Assembly (NCBI GenBank): GCA_964549245.1
Contig: CAZJUO010000002.1
Location: forward strand, 1-53,724
DNA: 53,724 nt
Reading direction: 5' to 3'
Source of the DNA: an uncultured Gammaproteobacteria bacterium
GTDB taxonomy: Bacteria > Patescibacteriota > Patescibacteriia > UBA10025 > JAHIVO01
Positions 27,766 to 37,730 of the stretch are shown one piece after another. The notes beneath the pieces were generated by a model. That model had not been told where the DNA came from and did no database searches. It saw only the letters and a list, made by a program, of their open reading frames with translations. The position numbers and the translations under genes were made by a program. The stretch's first letter is position 1. Each line of letters opens with the position of its first letter.

Positions 27766-28044
27766 TGGCTGTAATATAGTTTGCTCCCAATCAGGAAAAT
27801 ACTGCCCAATGCTTTCAATATCAAATTTCGGCAGAATGGATTCTTTTGGCTCGTGGGCTAACAAGAATTCAAACGAATGGATCACCAAATCGTCAGGATC
27901 ATCATCATTGCCGGTTAGGCGCTGGGCAGTGGTTAACGGCACGCTTACTAGGTGCTCGGTATGACGCTCTTTTTCCGTTAATCGCACCGTGTATTCCCAG
28001 CCAAAGTCGTTTTTTATTTTTTTATAAATGCTTATTTCCGGCAT
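27760..28044 (-). CDS. hypothetical protein
   Basis: 94 aa and acidic. No recognisable motif. Confidence 0.45.
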   Translation of the reverse strand: MPEISIYKKIKNDFGWEYTVRLTEKERHTEHLVSVPLTTAQRLTGNDDDPDDLVIHSFEFLLAHEPKESILPKFDIESIGQYFPDWEQTILQPK

Positions 28045-28247
28045 AATTATTGTTAGTTTGGCTGTTTACATTGTATCATATTTTAAAAGATAAAAAGAAC
28101 CCTGTGTAAAAGGCATAACGGGTTTCGGCTATATTGTTGTTGCTTATGATTCTTTCGGAAAAAGCGGTTGCTTTTTGACACTTAAACATTATAGTGCTAT
28201 GGTAAAGTAATTTTAAAACAAACACAGCTTCTTTGAAAGGAGAAATA

Positions 28248-28982
28248 ATGCTGAAAGGATTACGGAAATTGAAGTTTTTGCCGTCAAATAACCGTGAATT
28301 CTCTGCTTTGTTCAGAGAACAAGTACAGAAAATTGAAGAAATTGCCCAACTGTTTCAGCAGCTGATCGACTGCCATGAAACGGAAACGCAACAACAATTG
28401 CATAAAAAAATTAAACGAATTGAATCTGAAGCTGACGATATCCTGACCAGGATTAAAAGTGCCTGCGAAGATTCTTTAATTCCTCCTTTTATTTCAGCGG
28501 ACATACTTGATATTTCACGGCTACTCGATGATATTGTTGACGGGATAGAAGGGGCTGCGGACGACTTCATAGAATATAAAATCGAAATGCCGCCTTCAGA
28601 AATTATTAGCATTACGGAGATCGTGGTCAAAGCCAGTATGAAAATTCATGCTATCGTTCCGGCGCTGGAAAAATTTGAACACCCAATTGATTTATATGGA
28701 GAGATGAGGGAATTGGAACATTTGGCGGACGTGATTAACAAAAAAGGCATTCCCAAGTTTTACCTTGAGGTTGAAGAAGCGGCGCGACAGTTAAGTAAAA
28801 TGGGATCCGTACTCAAAACTCTTAAAGGCGCGCAGAGAGTAATTGATCTCATCAGTCAGACGATCCAGATGCAGAATCGAGCGATAGCAATCGATAAAGT
28901 AATCACTAGATTGGAAAAGACAACGGATACATTACGCCAAGTTACCTTTTTGGTGAGGGGGGTGATTTCAAAAAATGTCTGA
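28248..28982 (+). CDS. DUF47 (PhoU-like, Pit accessory) family protein
   Basis: SD AGGAG lies before ATG 28248. The protein is helical and overlaps the downstream Pit gene, a classic DUF47-Pit pair. Confidence 0.75.
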   Translation: MLKGLRKLKFLPSNNREFSALFREQVQKIEEIAQLFQQLIDCHETETQQQLHKKIKRIESEADDILTRIKSACEDSLIPPFISADILDISRLLDDIVDGIEGAADDFIEYKIEMPPSEIISITEIVVKASMKIHAIVPALEKFEHPIDLYGEMRELEHLADVINKKGIPKFYLEVEEAARQLSKMGSVLKTLKGAQRVIDLISQTIQMQNRAIAIDKVITRLEKTTDTLRQVTFLVRGVISKNV

Positions 28983-29979
28983 TCTTCTATTGCTCTTATT
29001 GGTTATCGCAGCAGCCTTAAGCTATGATTTCATTAACGGTTTCCATGATGCCGCTAATGCAATCGGGACAAGCATCGCCAGCCATGCCCTGTCACCACGC
29101 AGCGCGATTGTCTTGGCGACGGTTTTTAACTTCATCGGGGCGCTGTCGCACACGGCTGTTGCTTATACTATAGGCAAGGGGGTAGTGCATTCAGGAATAG
29201 TGACTATACCGATGCTGATTTTCGCGCTGCTGGGGGCGATTATCTGGAATCTTATCACCTGGTGGAAAGGACTGCCTTCTTCGTCAACGCATGCTTTGGT
29301 TGGGGGGTTGATCGGCAGCGCGCTGGTGGCCAGCAATATTAATACCGGAGTGCTAATTTTTTCGGGTATTGCGAAAATCGTCGTGGCGATGTTTTTGGCG
29401 CCTATCGCCGGATTTTTGGCCGGCTTGGTATTGATCGTGCTTATTGTTTGGCCGTTACAATGGTTGCGGGTAAAAAAGCGGCCGATCAACCGCCATTTTA
29501 AAAAACTGCAGATTATTTCCGCCGGTTGGATGAGTTTCTCGCATGGGATGAACGATGCCCAAAATGCCATGGGCATCATTACCATTGCGCTACTTAGTTA
29601 TGGCGCCATAGACTCTTTTCACGTGCCGATGACTATCAGAATTTTGTGCGCGGGGGCAATGGGCCTGGGTACTGTTTTTGGGGGCTGGCGCATCATCCGC
29701 ACTATTGTAAACAAGCTTTCCAGCCAAGAGCCCATGCCTGTGAAAGGATTTTCCGCACAAACCGCAGCAGGCGGTGTTATTTTTTTCATGTCACTACTGG
29801 GAGTGCCTATTAGTACTTCACATGCGATTTCCAGTACGGTCATGGGCACTACCGCCGCTGAAAGGGTTAGTGCCGCCAACTGGGAAGTGGGAAAAAATAT
29901 GGTCGGCGCTTGGATCATAACTATACCGATCAGCGCCTTTATTGCCGGATTCTTACAGTGGATTTTTCATGTTCTTTAA
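28975..29979 (+). CDS. pit: inorganic phosphate transporter, PiT (PHO4) family
   Basis: FINGFHDAANAIGTSIAS and a repeated GMNDAQNAMG motif. About 10 TM helices. Confidence 0.9.
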   Translation: MSDLLLLLLVIAAALSYDFINGFHDAANAIGTSIASHALSPRSAIVLATVFNFIGALSHTAVAYTIGKGVVHSGIVTIPMLIFALLGAIIWNLITWWKGLPSSSTHALVGGLIGSALVASNINTGVLIFSGIAKIVVAMFLAPIAGFLAGLVLIVLIVWPLQWLRVKKRPINRHFKKLQIISAGWMSFSHGMNDAQNAMGIITIALLSYGAIDSFHVPMTIRILCAGAMGLGTVFGGWRIIRTIVNKLSSQEPMPVKGFSAQTAAGGVIFFMSLLGVPISTSHAISSTVMGTTAAERVSAANWEVGKNMVGAWIITIPISAFIAGFLQWIFHVL

Positions 29980-29997
29980 GCAATACGATCAAAAAAC

Positions 29998-30024
29998 CGT
30001 ACTTACCAAAAGTACGGTTTTATT
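29998..30024. terminator. intrinsic terminator (A-run upstream, T-run downstream)
   Basis: CCGTACTT-accaa-AAGTACGG followed by TTTTATT. Confidence 0.65.
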
Positions 30025-30112
30025 ATTTCGAAAGCTCGACCTTAACCTTTATTCGTTACAGAAAAGTAATGATAGTTGTAGGCCAATCAAAATGTTTTTC
30101 AGGTTGTGGTAG

Positions 30113-30640
30113 TTAGTAATGATAATCCCAGCCTGGTTGCCAGCTGCCTGTCGTTCGCCAGTCTTCGGCTATAGCTTGGGGCCATGTTTTTTTATGGCAA
30201 ATTACCTCCAGGGCAAGCTGCGGAGCCTGGTGGGCGACAATAGCGATGTTGTTATTACCGAATTGCTGTTTTGTTTGTTCGAGATAACTTTTTATTCGCC
30301 TTTCGACATCCCGGTAGGATTCACCTTGGGGAAACGGTTGGCCGATAAAGCGCTCCAGGTGGTTTTTAAAGTGGTATGATTTGCCGTTCCATAGGCCGTA
30401 ATTAACTTCTCGTAGACGTTTGTCTGGAATAACTTTTTTGCCAAACGCCAAAGTCGCGGAGTCAACGGCTCGTTTTAGATCAGAACAAAAGATAGCGGAA
30501 AATTGTTTTACATCAACCAGTTGGCCCAACTCTTTTGATTGTTGAATGCCGAGAAATGATAATTTGCCAGGTAGCCAGCCGGTGGCTAGATCTTTTTTAT
30601 TATCAGTGGTGGTGCCGTGGACAAAATAAGTAATTTTCAT
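30113..30640 (-). CDS. histidine phosphatase (phosphoglycerate mutase-like) family protein
   Basis: Motifs ITYFVHGTT (RHG-like position), CSDLKRAVDSA and IVAHQAP. Confidence 0.65.
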   Translation of the reverse strand: MKITYFVHGTTTDNKKDLATGWLPGKLSFLGIQQSKELGQLVDVKQFSAIFCSDLKRAVDSATLAFGKKVIPDKRLREVNYGLWNGKSYHFKNHLERFIGQPFPQGESYRDVERRIKSYLEQTKQQFGNNNIAIVAHQAPQLALEVICHKKTWPQAIAEDWRTTGSWQPGWDYHY

Positions 30641-30666
30641 TAAACAAAAAGCGAGTTATTAAATTT

Positions 30667-31083
30667 TTATTTATTCACCATAAAAAAAGCGATAATCCCA
30701 ATAGCCAGCAAAACCAGCCCGGCAATGGTAATTCCCAGCAATACTTTATTGTTCGTGCGCAATGATTCCCGTTTGGTGCGGCTGGCAAAAGCCGGAATGA
30801 AAATAGCCGCCCAAATAGGAGCAAATATAACCACGCTCGAACCGACATCTTGCGCCGCTTCCGGGTCATCAGCTATTTGAATAATGATAATTACTACCGA
30901 CAAGGCTACTACGGCAATACCGATCAGCCAGACCAGCCAGCGCGTTTTTTTGGGCAGGGGTTGGGCAGCTTGCTCTGCAGACGAGGGCTCGGCAGGTGAT
31001 TGTTTTTTCTTTAAGGTTAAAGCTACCAGTAGAATGCTTAGTAATACCAGTATGGCAACGGCAATAAATAAAGTAATAGACAT
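30667..31083 (-). CDS. integral membrane protein
   Basis: 138 aa with 4 hydrophobic helices. Confidence 0.5.
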   Translation of the reverse strand: MSITLFIAVAILVLLSILLVALTLKKKQSPAEPSSAEQAAQPLPKKTRWLVWLIGIAVVALSVVIIIIQIADDPEAAQDVGSSVVIFAPIWAAIFIPAFASRTKRESLRTNNKVLLGITIAGLVLLAIGIIAFFMVNK

Positions 31084-31099
31084 ATAATTTTATTACTTA

Positions 31100-31891
31100 T
31101 TATTCAGTATAGGTAAGGGTGTATTGGGCAACGATATTCCCTTGACTGACCACCGTATCCAAATCAGCTCCCCAGCCGCCTGTTTCTGCGTCGGCTATAT
31201 AAAAATCGCCTTCATCAAAAACCGCTAAAGTGTCCTTGTCCGTGATGGCTTGATAATCAAAGGTGTCGCTGTTTAAGTATGTAGCGTAGATATAATAGAA
31301 AGTGCCGATTTCATGCCAGGGGTCATACTGGGCGTCACACCCTTCGTACAGGTCCAGCATAATACTGCGGGTGTCGGCTACAGCCAACACGTCCGGCATA
31401 GCGTCCGTGTTGCAAAAGGCCATGGACAAAGCTCCGGCACTGCCCGTATCCCGAATCGTATCCGCATTGCCGTGGCTGGCCACGTAATAATAATCATCAC
31501 TTAATTCGCTGGTAGCTGGCGCCACTTTTGGCAGTGGGTCGTTTACTTTCATGAAATAGAGTACATAAATCGGGTATTCCTCATTGGTATCGATCTGGAT
31601 AGCTACCGATCCTTCCACTTTGCCGTCGGTAGAGGCGATGGAAATTTCAGTTCCGTCGTACTTCATCAGGTCAGCGTATGAATCTTCTTCGGCAGGGCCG
31701 CTGGTGTTGGACGAGGCTGTATTGGTTGTGCTGGCGGCAGTATTCGTATCAGTGGCAGTTTGGTTGGTGTTCGTATTTTCGTCTCCGCTCATCACAAAAT
31801 AAACCACCGCCGCTCCACCGACCAGCAGTATAACTACTACGGCGATCCAGATCAGGGGCGATTTTTTCTTTGCGGGTTGTTGATTTTCCAT
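31100..31891 (-). CDS. membrane-anchored extracytoplasmic hypothetical protein
   Basis: TM anchor, T/N-rich linker and then a soluble domain. Confidence 0.5.
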   Translation of the reverse strand: MENQQPAKKKSPLIWIAVVVILLVGGAAVVYFVMSGDENTNTNQTATDTNTAASTTNTASSNTSGPAEEDSYADLMKYDGTEISIASTDGKVEGSVAIQIDTNEEYPIYVLYFMKVNDPLPKVAPATSELSDDYYYVASHGNADTIRDTGSAGALSMAFCNTDAMPDVLAVADTRSIMLDLYEGCDAQYDPWHEIGTFYYIYATYLNSDTFDYQAITDKDTLAVFDEGDFYIADAETGGWGADLDTVVSQGNIVAQYTLTYTE

Positions 31892-31909
31892 AGTTATAGT
31901 TTTTAATTA

Positions 31910-32590
31910 TTATAATAAATATTGCTTTTGTATAAAGGGGAGCAGTGAATCGATGGTATGGTAAGAGCCTGCCTCGCTGCGCCACTCATTAAAAAATCCC
32001 CATTGGTTCCATTGCCAAATTGCCACATGCGTTCCATGGCAGTTATCTGAGTCAGCGTATGACCCCTCAATAACGAGGAGTTCTTGCTGGCCATCCTGGT
32101 CGATGTCGTTGAAAGCTATCTCGCAGTTTGGTCGCGACAAGTTCGACGAACCCCAGACTTGCTGTAGCTGATGATTGCTATATTCATACACAAAGAGATG
32201 GTTTTTTATACTAGTATCGTTTTCCGTTTCCCAGAATGGCTGTGAGGGGCCGTAGTCACCTTTTTTCCAAAGGGATAAAACCAGGTTTAGTTGGCCGTCA
32301 TAGGTGGCATCGGCTATGGTAAAAGCATCGATCCACCAGTTATCAGGCGATTGCCACAGTCGCGCACCGCGGTCATATACGCTAAGCCGGCCATTGTGCA
32401 GAGAAAGGTGTTCGGGGTTGGCGTCCTGTGTCAGATCAATTGACTGCTCTTGATGGTTAGTGCGCTGTGAAGCAAAGGTTATAAATGCAGTGTCTGCGTT
32501 ATTAAATTTTGCATTTGCGTAGGTAACCGCTGAACAGAGCAGCGCTAGGGTACTAATAGTTACGGTCACTGGAATAAAATACTTGATCAC
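31910..32590 (-). CDS. secreted protein with FG-GAP/VCBS-like motif
   Basis: Signal peptide present. FNDIDQDGQQELLVIEG resembles a Ca-binding FG-GAP repeat. Confidence 0.45.
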   Translation of the reverse strand: MIKYFIPVTVTISTLALLCSAVTYANAKFNNADTAFITFASQRTNHQEQSIDLTQDANPEHLSLHNGRLSVYDRGARLWQSPDNWWIDAFTIADATYDGQLNLVLSLWKKGDYGPSQPFWETENDTSIKNHLFVYEYSNHQLQQVWGSSNLSRPNCEIAFNDIDQDGQQELLVIEGSYADSDNCHGTHVAIWQWNQWGFFNEWRSEAGSYHTIDSLLPFIQKQYLL

Positions 32591-32596
32591 GGATAC

Positions 32597-34906
32597 TTAG
32601 TTATTTGCTAAAAACGAGGCGGTCCAGTCGGGACGTTCTGGAGCGTCATCCGAGAGCAACAGTTCACGCCATTTTTCATCAGTCAGGCGGTCTGATAGCT
32701 GCCAGGGAAATTCGTAGTAGGAAAAAACACCACCCTGGGCTATTTTTACCACTCCTTCTACTTCAACCAATACATAGATAGTATCAATTTTTCCTACCCC
32801 TTCTTCCAATACGGTGCCGTTAGGATCAGTGGCTACGTCCGCTACGATAGCCGCCGGGTTGTTGTGCAGGTATTCATCTTGGTATTGCCCGCTTTGTTCC
32901 ATGTCCTCCTGGTGGACGTCGAGCCAAAAATGTTCCAGTTGACCGCCATACGAACGGATCAGTTCGTATTCTTCTTCAGTGCGGGATTCGTTATTCAATT
33001 CTTTTTCGGCAATGGTTTTCAGCTGGGTAGCCAGGGTTTCCATATTGGACAAGCTGGTTGCCATATCTTCAGAAATGAGGTCGCGTATGGATAAGCCTTC
33101 TTTGGTCATTTTAATAAGCGCAGCCAACCGGGCAAAGACTTCGGGGCGCGGCTCTACATAGCCTCGGTCATCGAATTGGGGCGGCGGGCCGGCTCCCAGT
33201 TCGGCGTAGACCTGCTTGGCATAGAGAATGGTATCGTGTTTTAATTCGGTCCAGCTTCCTAAATACGAATTAAGGTCTTTGCGTACCCAGGCGGTATTTT
33301 GCATAAAAGTGGGGTAGCCGTCGGTAGCCGGGGTGGTCAATGGCTTGAGTGCGTACAGCCAACCCCAGTACAGATTTTGGGTCCAGACGGAGGTGTCCAG
33401 TTCATCGACATAGTCTTGGAGAAGCTTCATATTTTCAGGGTAGCGCAGGTATTTTGTTTCGCCATCCGCGTCAAGGATAGCATATGCCTCTTGTGAGCCC
33501 ATAGCGGCGGTAATATCCAGGCCTTTGGGCAGCATGCGCGAATCAGGCACCGTGCCGCCGCAATCCATAGTGCCGTGCAAATTCCCAACGTCCCGGCAAA
33601 CGAGGCGCTGCATTATCGAAGCGTCGATGGTGAAGCGCTGGCCCATAAATCGAAAACCTTTTATTTCCGTCTCACGGTCAGGCTGGATGGATGGCTGAAA
33701 AATGGGGATTGAGTTGATTTGCGGCGGATCGAGCTTTCGCGCGGCGGCATAAAAACTGTCAAAAGCGGCAGTATTTTGTGCCAGTTCCAAAGCGGTGGGC
33801 GCATCTCCATATGCATTGGTTAATAACGTTTTCAAATCATAGTAGGTGATATCGTCACTTTTGCCGACAAAAAAGTTTGTCGGTTCGTAAATAGCGTCCC
33901 AAAGCGCCGCTCGGGTATCATCCATGAGCAGTCGGGTGATCAAAGCCGCTGAAGCTGTTTCGTCAGCACTTTTTAAGCGGAACGTCATCCGTCCAAGCCA
34001 CATCATTGATTTGAAATAGTCGGATAGCTCTTCAGAGCGGTCATAGTGGCCGCGCGGAATATACTGGGAGTAATCTTCTTTGAGCAATTCTACTGACAGC
34101 ATGCCTTGGGGAGTGGGCAGCTGTACGCCGGCATCCTGGCCCATATTAATCACTACTGCGTCGTGGAGCGTGTCGTGAGCTTCAATATATTCTAATTCTT
34201 GTTCCACTTCTGTTTTTACAATTTCAGGAATGGTTACCGTGTCATCGAGCAGCACGCTGGCGATTGTAAAAAAGGCTATATTTCTACGCGCCGCATTTTC
34301 CCATTCCGTATTTTTTAATGCTACATATTGTTCCTGGGCGGCAGCTAGCATAGAGGAATTTAGTTCCTGTAATGTATCGATAAGATAATTTTCCTCCGCT
34401 TTCCGTAGCAGATGATCGAATAAGAGGTGGTAATTATGCAAAAATGAATCAACCGTAATAAAGCTGGGCGTGTAATTGTAGCGGTGCCCTTCGTATAATG
34501 GGTAGAATTCGTCGTACGATCCGCTCTGCACTATGAAATTATTTTGCAGTAGTTTTTGTTTTGCTTCAGCGTTGGAAAGCAGGTAAGTAACCTGATCCTT
34601 GTTGTCTACATTGGCAAAATCAGCCGCCACGGTGAAAGACGGCACTTGGGGGGTCGTGCTTACCGAGACCGGTTGATATTCGGCAAACGTAGCGGCCAGC
34701 GCAGTTGGTATAGTAATAGAGTCTACAAAATCATTGTTATCAGCTGTTGTGGTATTGGTGTTAGTTACTTGCTTATTCGCATTTTCGCTGACTGATGGTT
34801 GGCCGTTGGCCATGATTAGATATACGGCCACTACCGCAGTTACCAGAATGATAATGCCAAATATCCAGAGCACGATCGGCAGGGCTGGTTTTAATGTAGT
34901 GTTCAT
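32597..34906 (-). CDS. DUF3160 domain protein, membrane anchored
   Basis: 769 aa with an N-terminal TM. YIPRGHYDRSEEL and the overall pattern are typical of DUF3160. Confidence 0.65.
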   Translation of the reverse strand: MNTTLKPALPIVLWIFGIIILVTAVVAVYLIMANGQPSVSENANKQVTNTNTTTADNNDFVDSITIPTALAATFAEYQPVSVSTTPQVPSFTVAADFANVDNKDQVTYLLSNAEAKQKLLQNNFIVQSGSYDEFYPLYEGHRYNYTPSFITVDSFLHNYHLLFDHLLRKAEENYLIDTLQELNSSMLAAAQEQYVALKNTEWENAARRNIAFFTIASVLLDDTVTIPEIVKTEVEQELEYIEAHDTLHDAVVINMGQDAGVQLPTPQGMLSVELLKEDYSQYIPRGHYDRSEELSDYFKSMMWLGRMTFRLKSADETASAALITRLLMDDTRAALWDAIYEPTNFFVGKSDDITYYDLKTLLTNAYGDAPTALELAQNTAAFDSFYAAARKLDPPQINSIPIFQPSIQPDRETEIKGFRFMGQRFTIDASIMQRLVCRDVGNLHGTMDCGGTVPDSRMLPKGLDITAAMGSQEAYAILDADGETKYLRYPENMKLLQDYVDELDTSVWTQNLYWGWLYALKPLTTPATDGYPTFMQNTAWVRKDLNSYLGSWTELKHDTILYAKQVYAELGAGPPPQFDDRGYVEPRPEVFARLAALIKMTKEGLSIRDLISEDMATSLSNMETLATQLKTIAEKELNNESRTEEEYELIRSYGGQLEHFWLDVHQEDMEQSGQYQDEYLHNNPAAIVADVATDPNGTVLEEGVGKIDTIYVLVEVEGVVKIAQGGVFSYYEFPWQLSDRLTDEKWRELLLSDDAPERPDWTASFLANN

Positions 34907-34973
34907 ATTGTTTGTTTATAATAATAATTACTATCTATTGTATATTTTAGCTTAAAATTGGCTAAAAAGAAAT

Positions 34974-35004
34974 AAAAAACCGGTATTGTATAAACAATAC
35001 CGGT
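34974..35004 (-). terminator. intrinsic terminator of hutU
   Basis: Minus strand ACCGGTATTGT-ttat-ACAATACCGGT followed by TTTTTT. Confidence 0.7.
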
Positions 35005-35025
35005 ATATCGATAGGAAATGCCGAT

Positions 35026-36675
35026 TTATTCGTAGCCAATATCAAGCATCGGCATTTTGATTTTATCGTCGTGTGCGCGAGCGGTATTAATAGCCGCTTC
35101 ATATCCGGCATCAGCGTGGCGGATCACCCCAATTCCCGGATCGTTGGTAAAGACGCGTCTGGCTCTATCCAGGCAGGAAGTATCATCAGTAATGACAAAA
35201 CATTGTCCGGCGTGAAGCGCTTTACCAATTCCGACGCCACCGCCATCATGGACACTAACCCAGGTAGCGCCGCTTACCGCATTGAGCAGAGCATTGAGCA
35301 CGGCCCAGTCAGCAACAGGGTCACTGCCGTCCTTCATGCCTTCTGTTTCACGGCCCGGCGAAGCTACTGATCCGCAATCAAGGTGATCACGGCCAACCCA
35401 GATAGGCGCTGATATATCACCGTCCACGATAGCTTGCCAGATCTCCTTTACCGCTTGGGCGCGTTCACCCATGCCCAGCCAGCAGACCCGCGCGGGCAAG
35501 CCCGGTAGTTTAGAAAAATCGATAAATGACTGCGCTTTGGTGATCCAGTTACGGAGCATCTCATTTTCCGAAAACAGCCGGAGAAGGATTTTGTCAACGA
35601 CAGCAATATCGGCAGGATCGCCGGATAAAGCGGCAACCCGGAACGGTCCACGGCCCTGGCAGAAAAGCGGACGGATATAGAGCGGGACAAAACCTTTGAT
35701 ATTAAAGGCGTTGGCTACTCCCTGATCCTGGGCATGGAAACGGATGCCGTTGCCATAGTCAAAGACGGTAGCACCACGATTTTGCATTTCCAGTAAATAG
35801 TTGACATGCACAGCGGTGGATTCCTGGCATAGCTTGAGGAATTCTTCCGGATCGTCTTCCCGCAAAGCGAGTGCCTTTTCAAAGCTTATGCCTTCGGGGA
35901 AATAGCCTTTCATCAAATCATGGGCCGCGGTTTGGTCGGTAACAATATCCGGTATGATATTATTGGTCAGTAAGTGGTCAAGCACATCTACCATGTTTGC
36001 CTGGAGGGCAATGGCGATCGCTTCCTTTCCGCCTTTCGCTTGATAGGCCCGCTGTACCGCTTGTTCAATGTCGGTGTAAGCTTCGTCAATCCATCCTTCA
36101 TCCTGACAGCGTTTGATTTTTGAGGGGTTAATTTCAACGATTAATGTAGCGGCTCCGCACATTTTTCCTGCTGGTGCTTGAGCCCCGCCCATATTCCCGA
36201 GCCCTGATGATAATAGCCAAGTGCCCGGTTTAGCTCCGGCCGCGGCAAAGGTTTCATAGGTGCCTTGCATGATGCCCTGCTGTCCGATGAAAGCCCAGGA
36301 GCCGGCAGTCATCTGCCCGTACATAGTCATGCCCGCTTCTTCAAGGGGCCAGAACGTTTCATCGTTGGCCCAGCGGGGGACCAGCATGGAATTGACGATA
36401 AGTACGCGCGGTGCGTTTTGGTGGGTTTGTACTACCCCGACCGGTTTCCCGCTCTGAATTAAAAGCGTTTCATACGCTTTTAAGCTTTTCAGCGCTTTGA
36501 CAATGGCGTGGTAGCAGGCCCAATTGCGAGCCGCTTTGCCCCGGCCGCCGTAAATAATCAGTTCTTCGGGTACCGCGCCCTGGACGATGTTGTTGGTCAG
36601 CATGCGTAGGGCACCCTCGATTTGCCAGTTGGCGCAATGCTTCAGATCGGTTCCTGTGATAAGTTGTATGCTCAA
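35026..36675 (-). CDS. hutU: urocanate hydratase (urocanase) family protein
   Basis: 549 aa with colinear urocanase hallmarks (IYGGRGKAARNW, GQMTAGSW, GLGNMGGAQ, DGSD, HDGGGVG). Confidence 0.85.
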   Translation of the reverse strand: MSIQLITGTDLKHCANWQIEGALRMLTNNIVQGAVPEELIIYGGRGKAARNWACYHAIVKALKSLKAYETLLIQSGKPVGVVQTHQNAPRVLIVNSMLVPRWANDETFWPLEEAGMTMYGQMTAGSWAFIGQQGIMQGTYETFAAAGAKPGTWLLSSGLGNMGGAQAPAGKMCGAATLIVEINPSKIKRCQDEGWIDEAYTDIEQAVQRAYQAKGGKEAIAIALQANMVDVLDHLLTNNIIPDIVTDQTAAHDLMKGYFPEGISFEKALALREDDPEEFLKLCQESTAVHVNYLLEMQNRGATVFDYGNGIRFHAQDQGVANAFNIKGFVPLYIRPLFCQGRGPFRVAALSGDPADIAVVDKILLRLFSENEMLRNWITKAQSFIDFSKLPGLPARVCWLGMGERAQAVKEIWQAIVDGDISAPIWVGRDHLDCGSVASPGRETEGMKDGSDPVADWAVLNALLNAVSGATWVSVHDGGGVGIGKALHAGQCFVITDDTSCLDRARRVFTNDPGIGVIRHADAGYEAAINTARAHDDKIKMPMLDIGYE

Positions 36676-36773
36676 AGTTTACCTCCGTTGTGTAATAATG
36701 GTTATTTTGTTAGGTACTGTTTTTATTTTTAGTTAAGTTATTAATAGTAGCTAAGATTAGCCCAGCTGTCAAT

Positions 36774-36800
36774 AAAAAAACCGCACCATCTATAGTGCGG
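36774..36800 (-). terminator. intrinsic terminator
   Basis: Minus strand CCGCAC-tatagatg-GTGCGG followed by TTTTTTT. Confidence 0.65.
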
Positions 36801-36818
36801 CGGAAAGGGCAAACAAAG

Positions 36819-37730
36819 TTATAGTTGCTGAATGTTATTGATCATTTGATAATGATTCAAACGAATAGCATCAATGCCAAGCCGTTTCAGCAGTTCATAT
36901 TCCTGGCCATAAAATAGCGGATCGGGCTGTACGTCAAAATAACGGCCGAGGAGCTCAATTTTGTCCCAAAGCGGAACATTAAAAACAAAAAGCTCGCGAA
37001 ATTCATAACAATAGCAAGTCAAATATCCCCAGGTAACCTGGATTACCACAATCATTTCATCGTGGTTTCGTTGCGCCATAAAAATATTTGATCCGTCAGA
37101 CCAGCGAAAGGTTGGATTTGGATCATCGAAGCACCAGGAGTCCCCGTCCGGATTTCGGACCGTAAGCGGCTCAACGTGGTGGTAGCCAGGCAAGTATTCA
37201 AACCCTTGCGTTTTTACATATTCACGGGCCATGTGAGCCGGGTTTATCTTTTCATCAAAATGCAGTTCAAAGGCACACCCGGTATTGGGATAATGTGTCC
37301 AGGCCACTGTATCGATTCGGTCCGGCGCCAAGGGTTCGAGCTCTTTGTATCTCTTCAGCTCATTCGTTACCACTATCGGGATGCTGTCTTTAGAAAAATT
37401 AAAACAAATCCGTATCCCATGCAAACTTACTGGTGCCACTGGATAAACGTCATGGACAAAAAGTTTTTTATGGCCGCCGATAGGAATAGTATACGTTCCT
37501 GTCCGATCGCTGTTAATAAGAAATGAGTCCAACCTCCCCAAGACGTAATCATACTTATGGATTAGCTGCGTATCTGGGTGCGTGCCGTTACTATTCATCG
37601 TAGCCAGAATACTGGCCGGCTCCAAAAAACAAATTGGCATGTCCTTATCACGCGGTCCTGTGGGATTGCAGCAATTGCTGATAAACAATGCCAATATTAG
37701 CAAGAGCAAGATGCTTAGTGCCCCTTTCAT
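36819..37730 (-). CDS. putative lipoprotein, hypothetical
   Basis: SD GGAGG lies 6 nt before ATG 37730. Signal is MKGALSILLLLILALFISNCC. Confidence 0.5.
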   Translation of the reverse strand: MKGALSILLLLILALFISNCCNPTGPRDKDMPICFLEPASILATMNSNGTHPDTQLIHKYDYVLGRLDSFLINSDRTGTYTIPIGGHKKLFVHDVYPVAPVSLHGIRICFNFSKDSIPIVVTNELKRYKELEPLAPDRIDTVAWTHYPNTGCAFELHFDEKINPAHMAREYVKTQGFEYLPGYHHVEPLTVRNPDGDSWCFDDPNPTFRWSDGSNIFMAQRNHDEMIVVIQVTWGYLTCYCYEFRELFVFNVPLWDKIELLGRYFDVQPDPLFYGQEYELLKRLGIDAIRLNHYQMINNIQQL

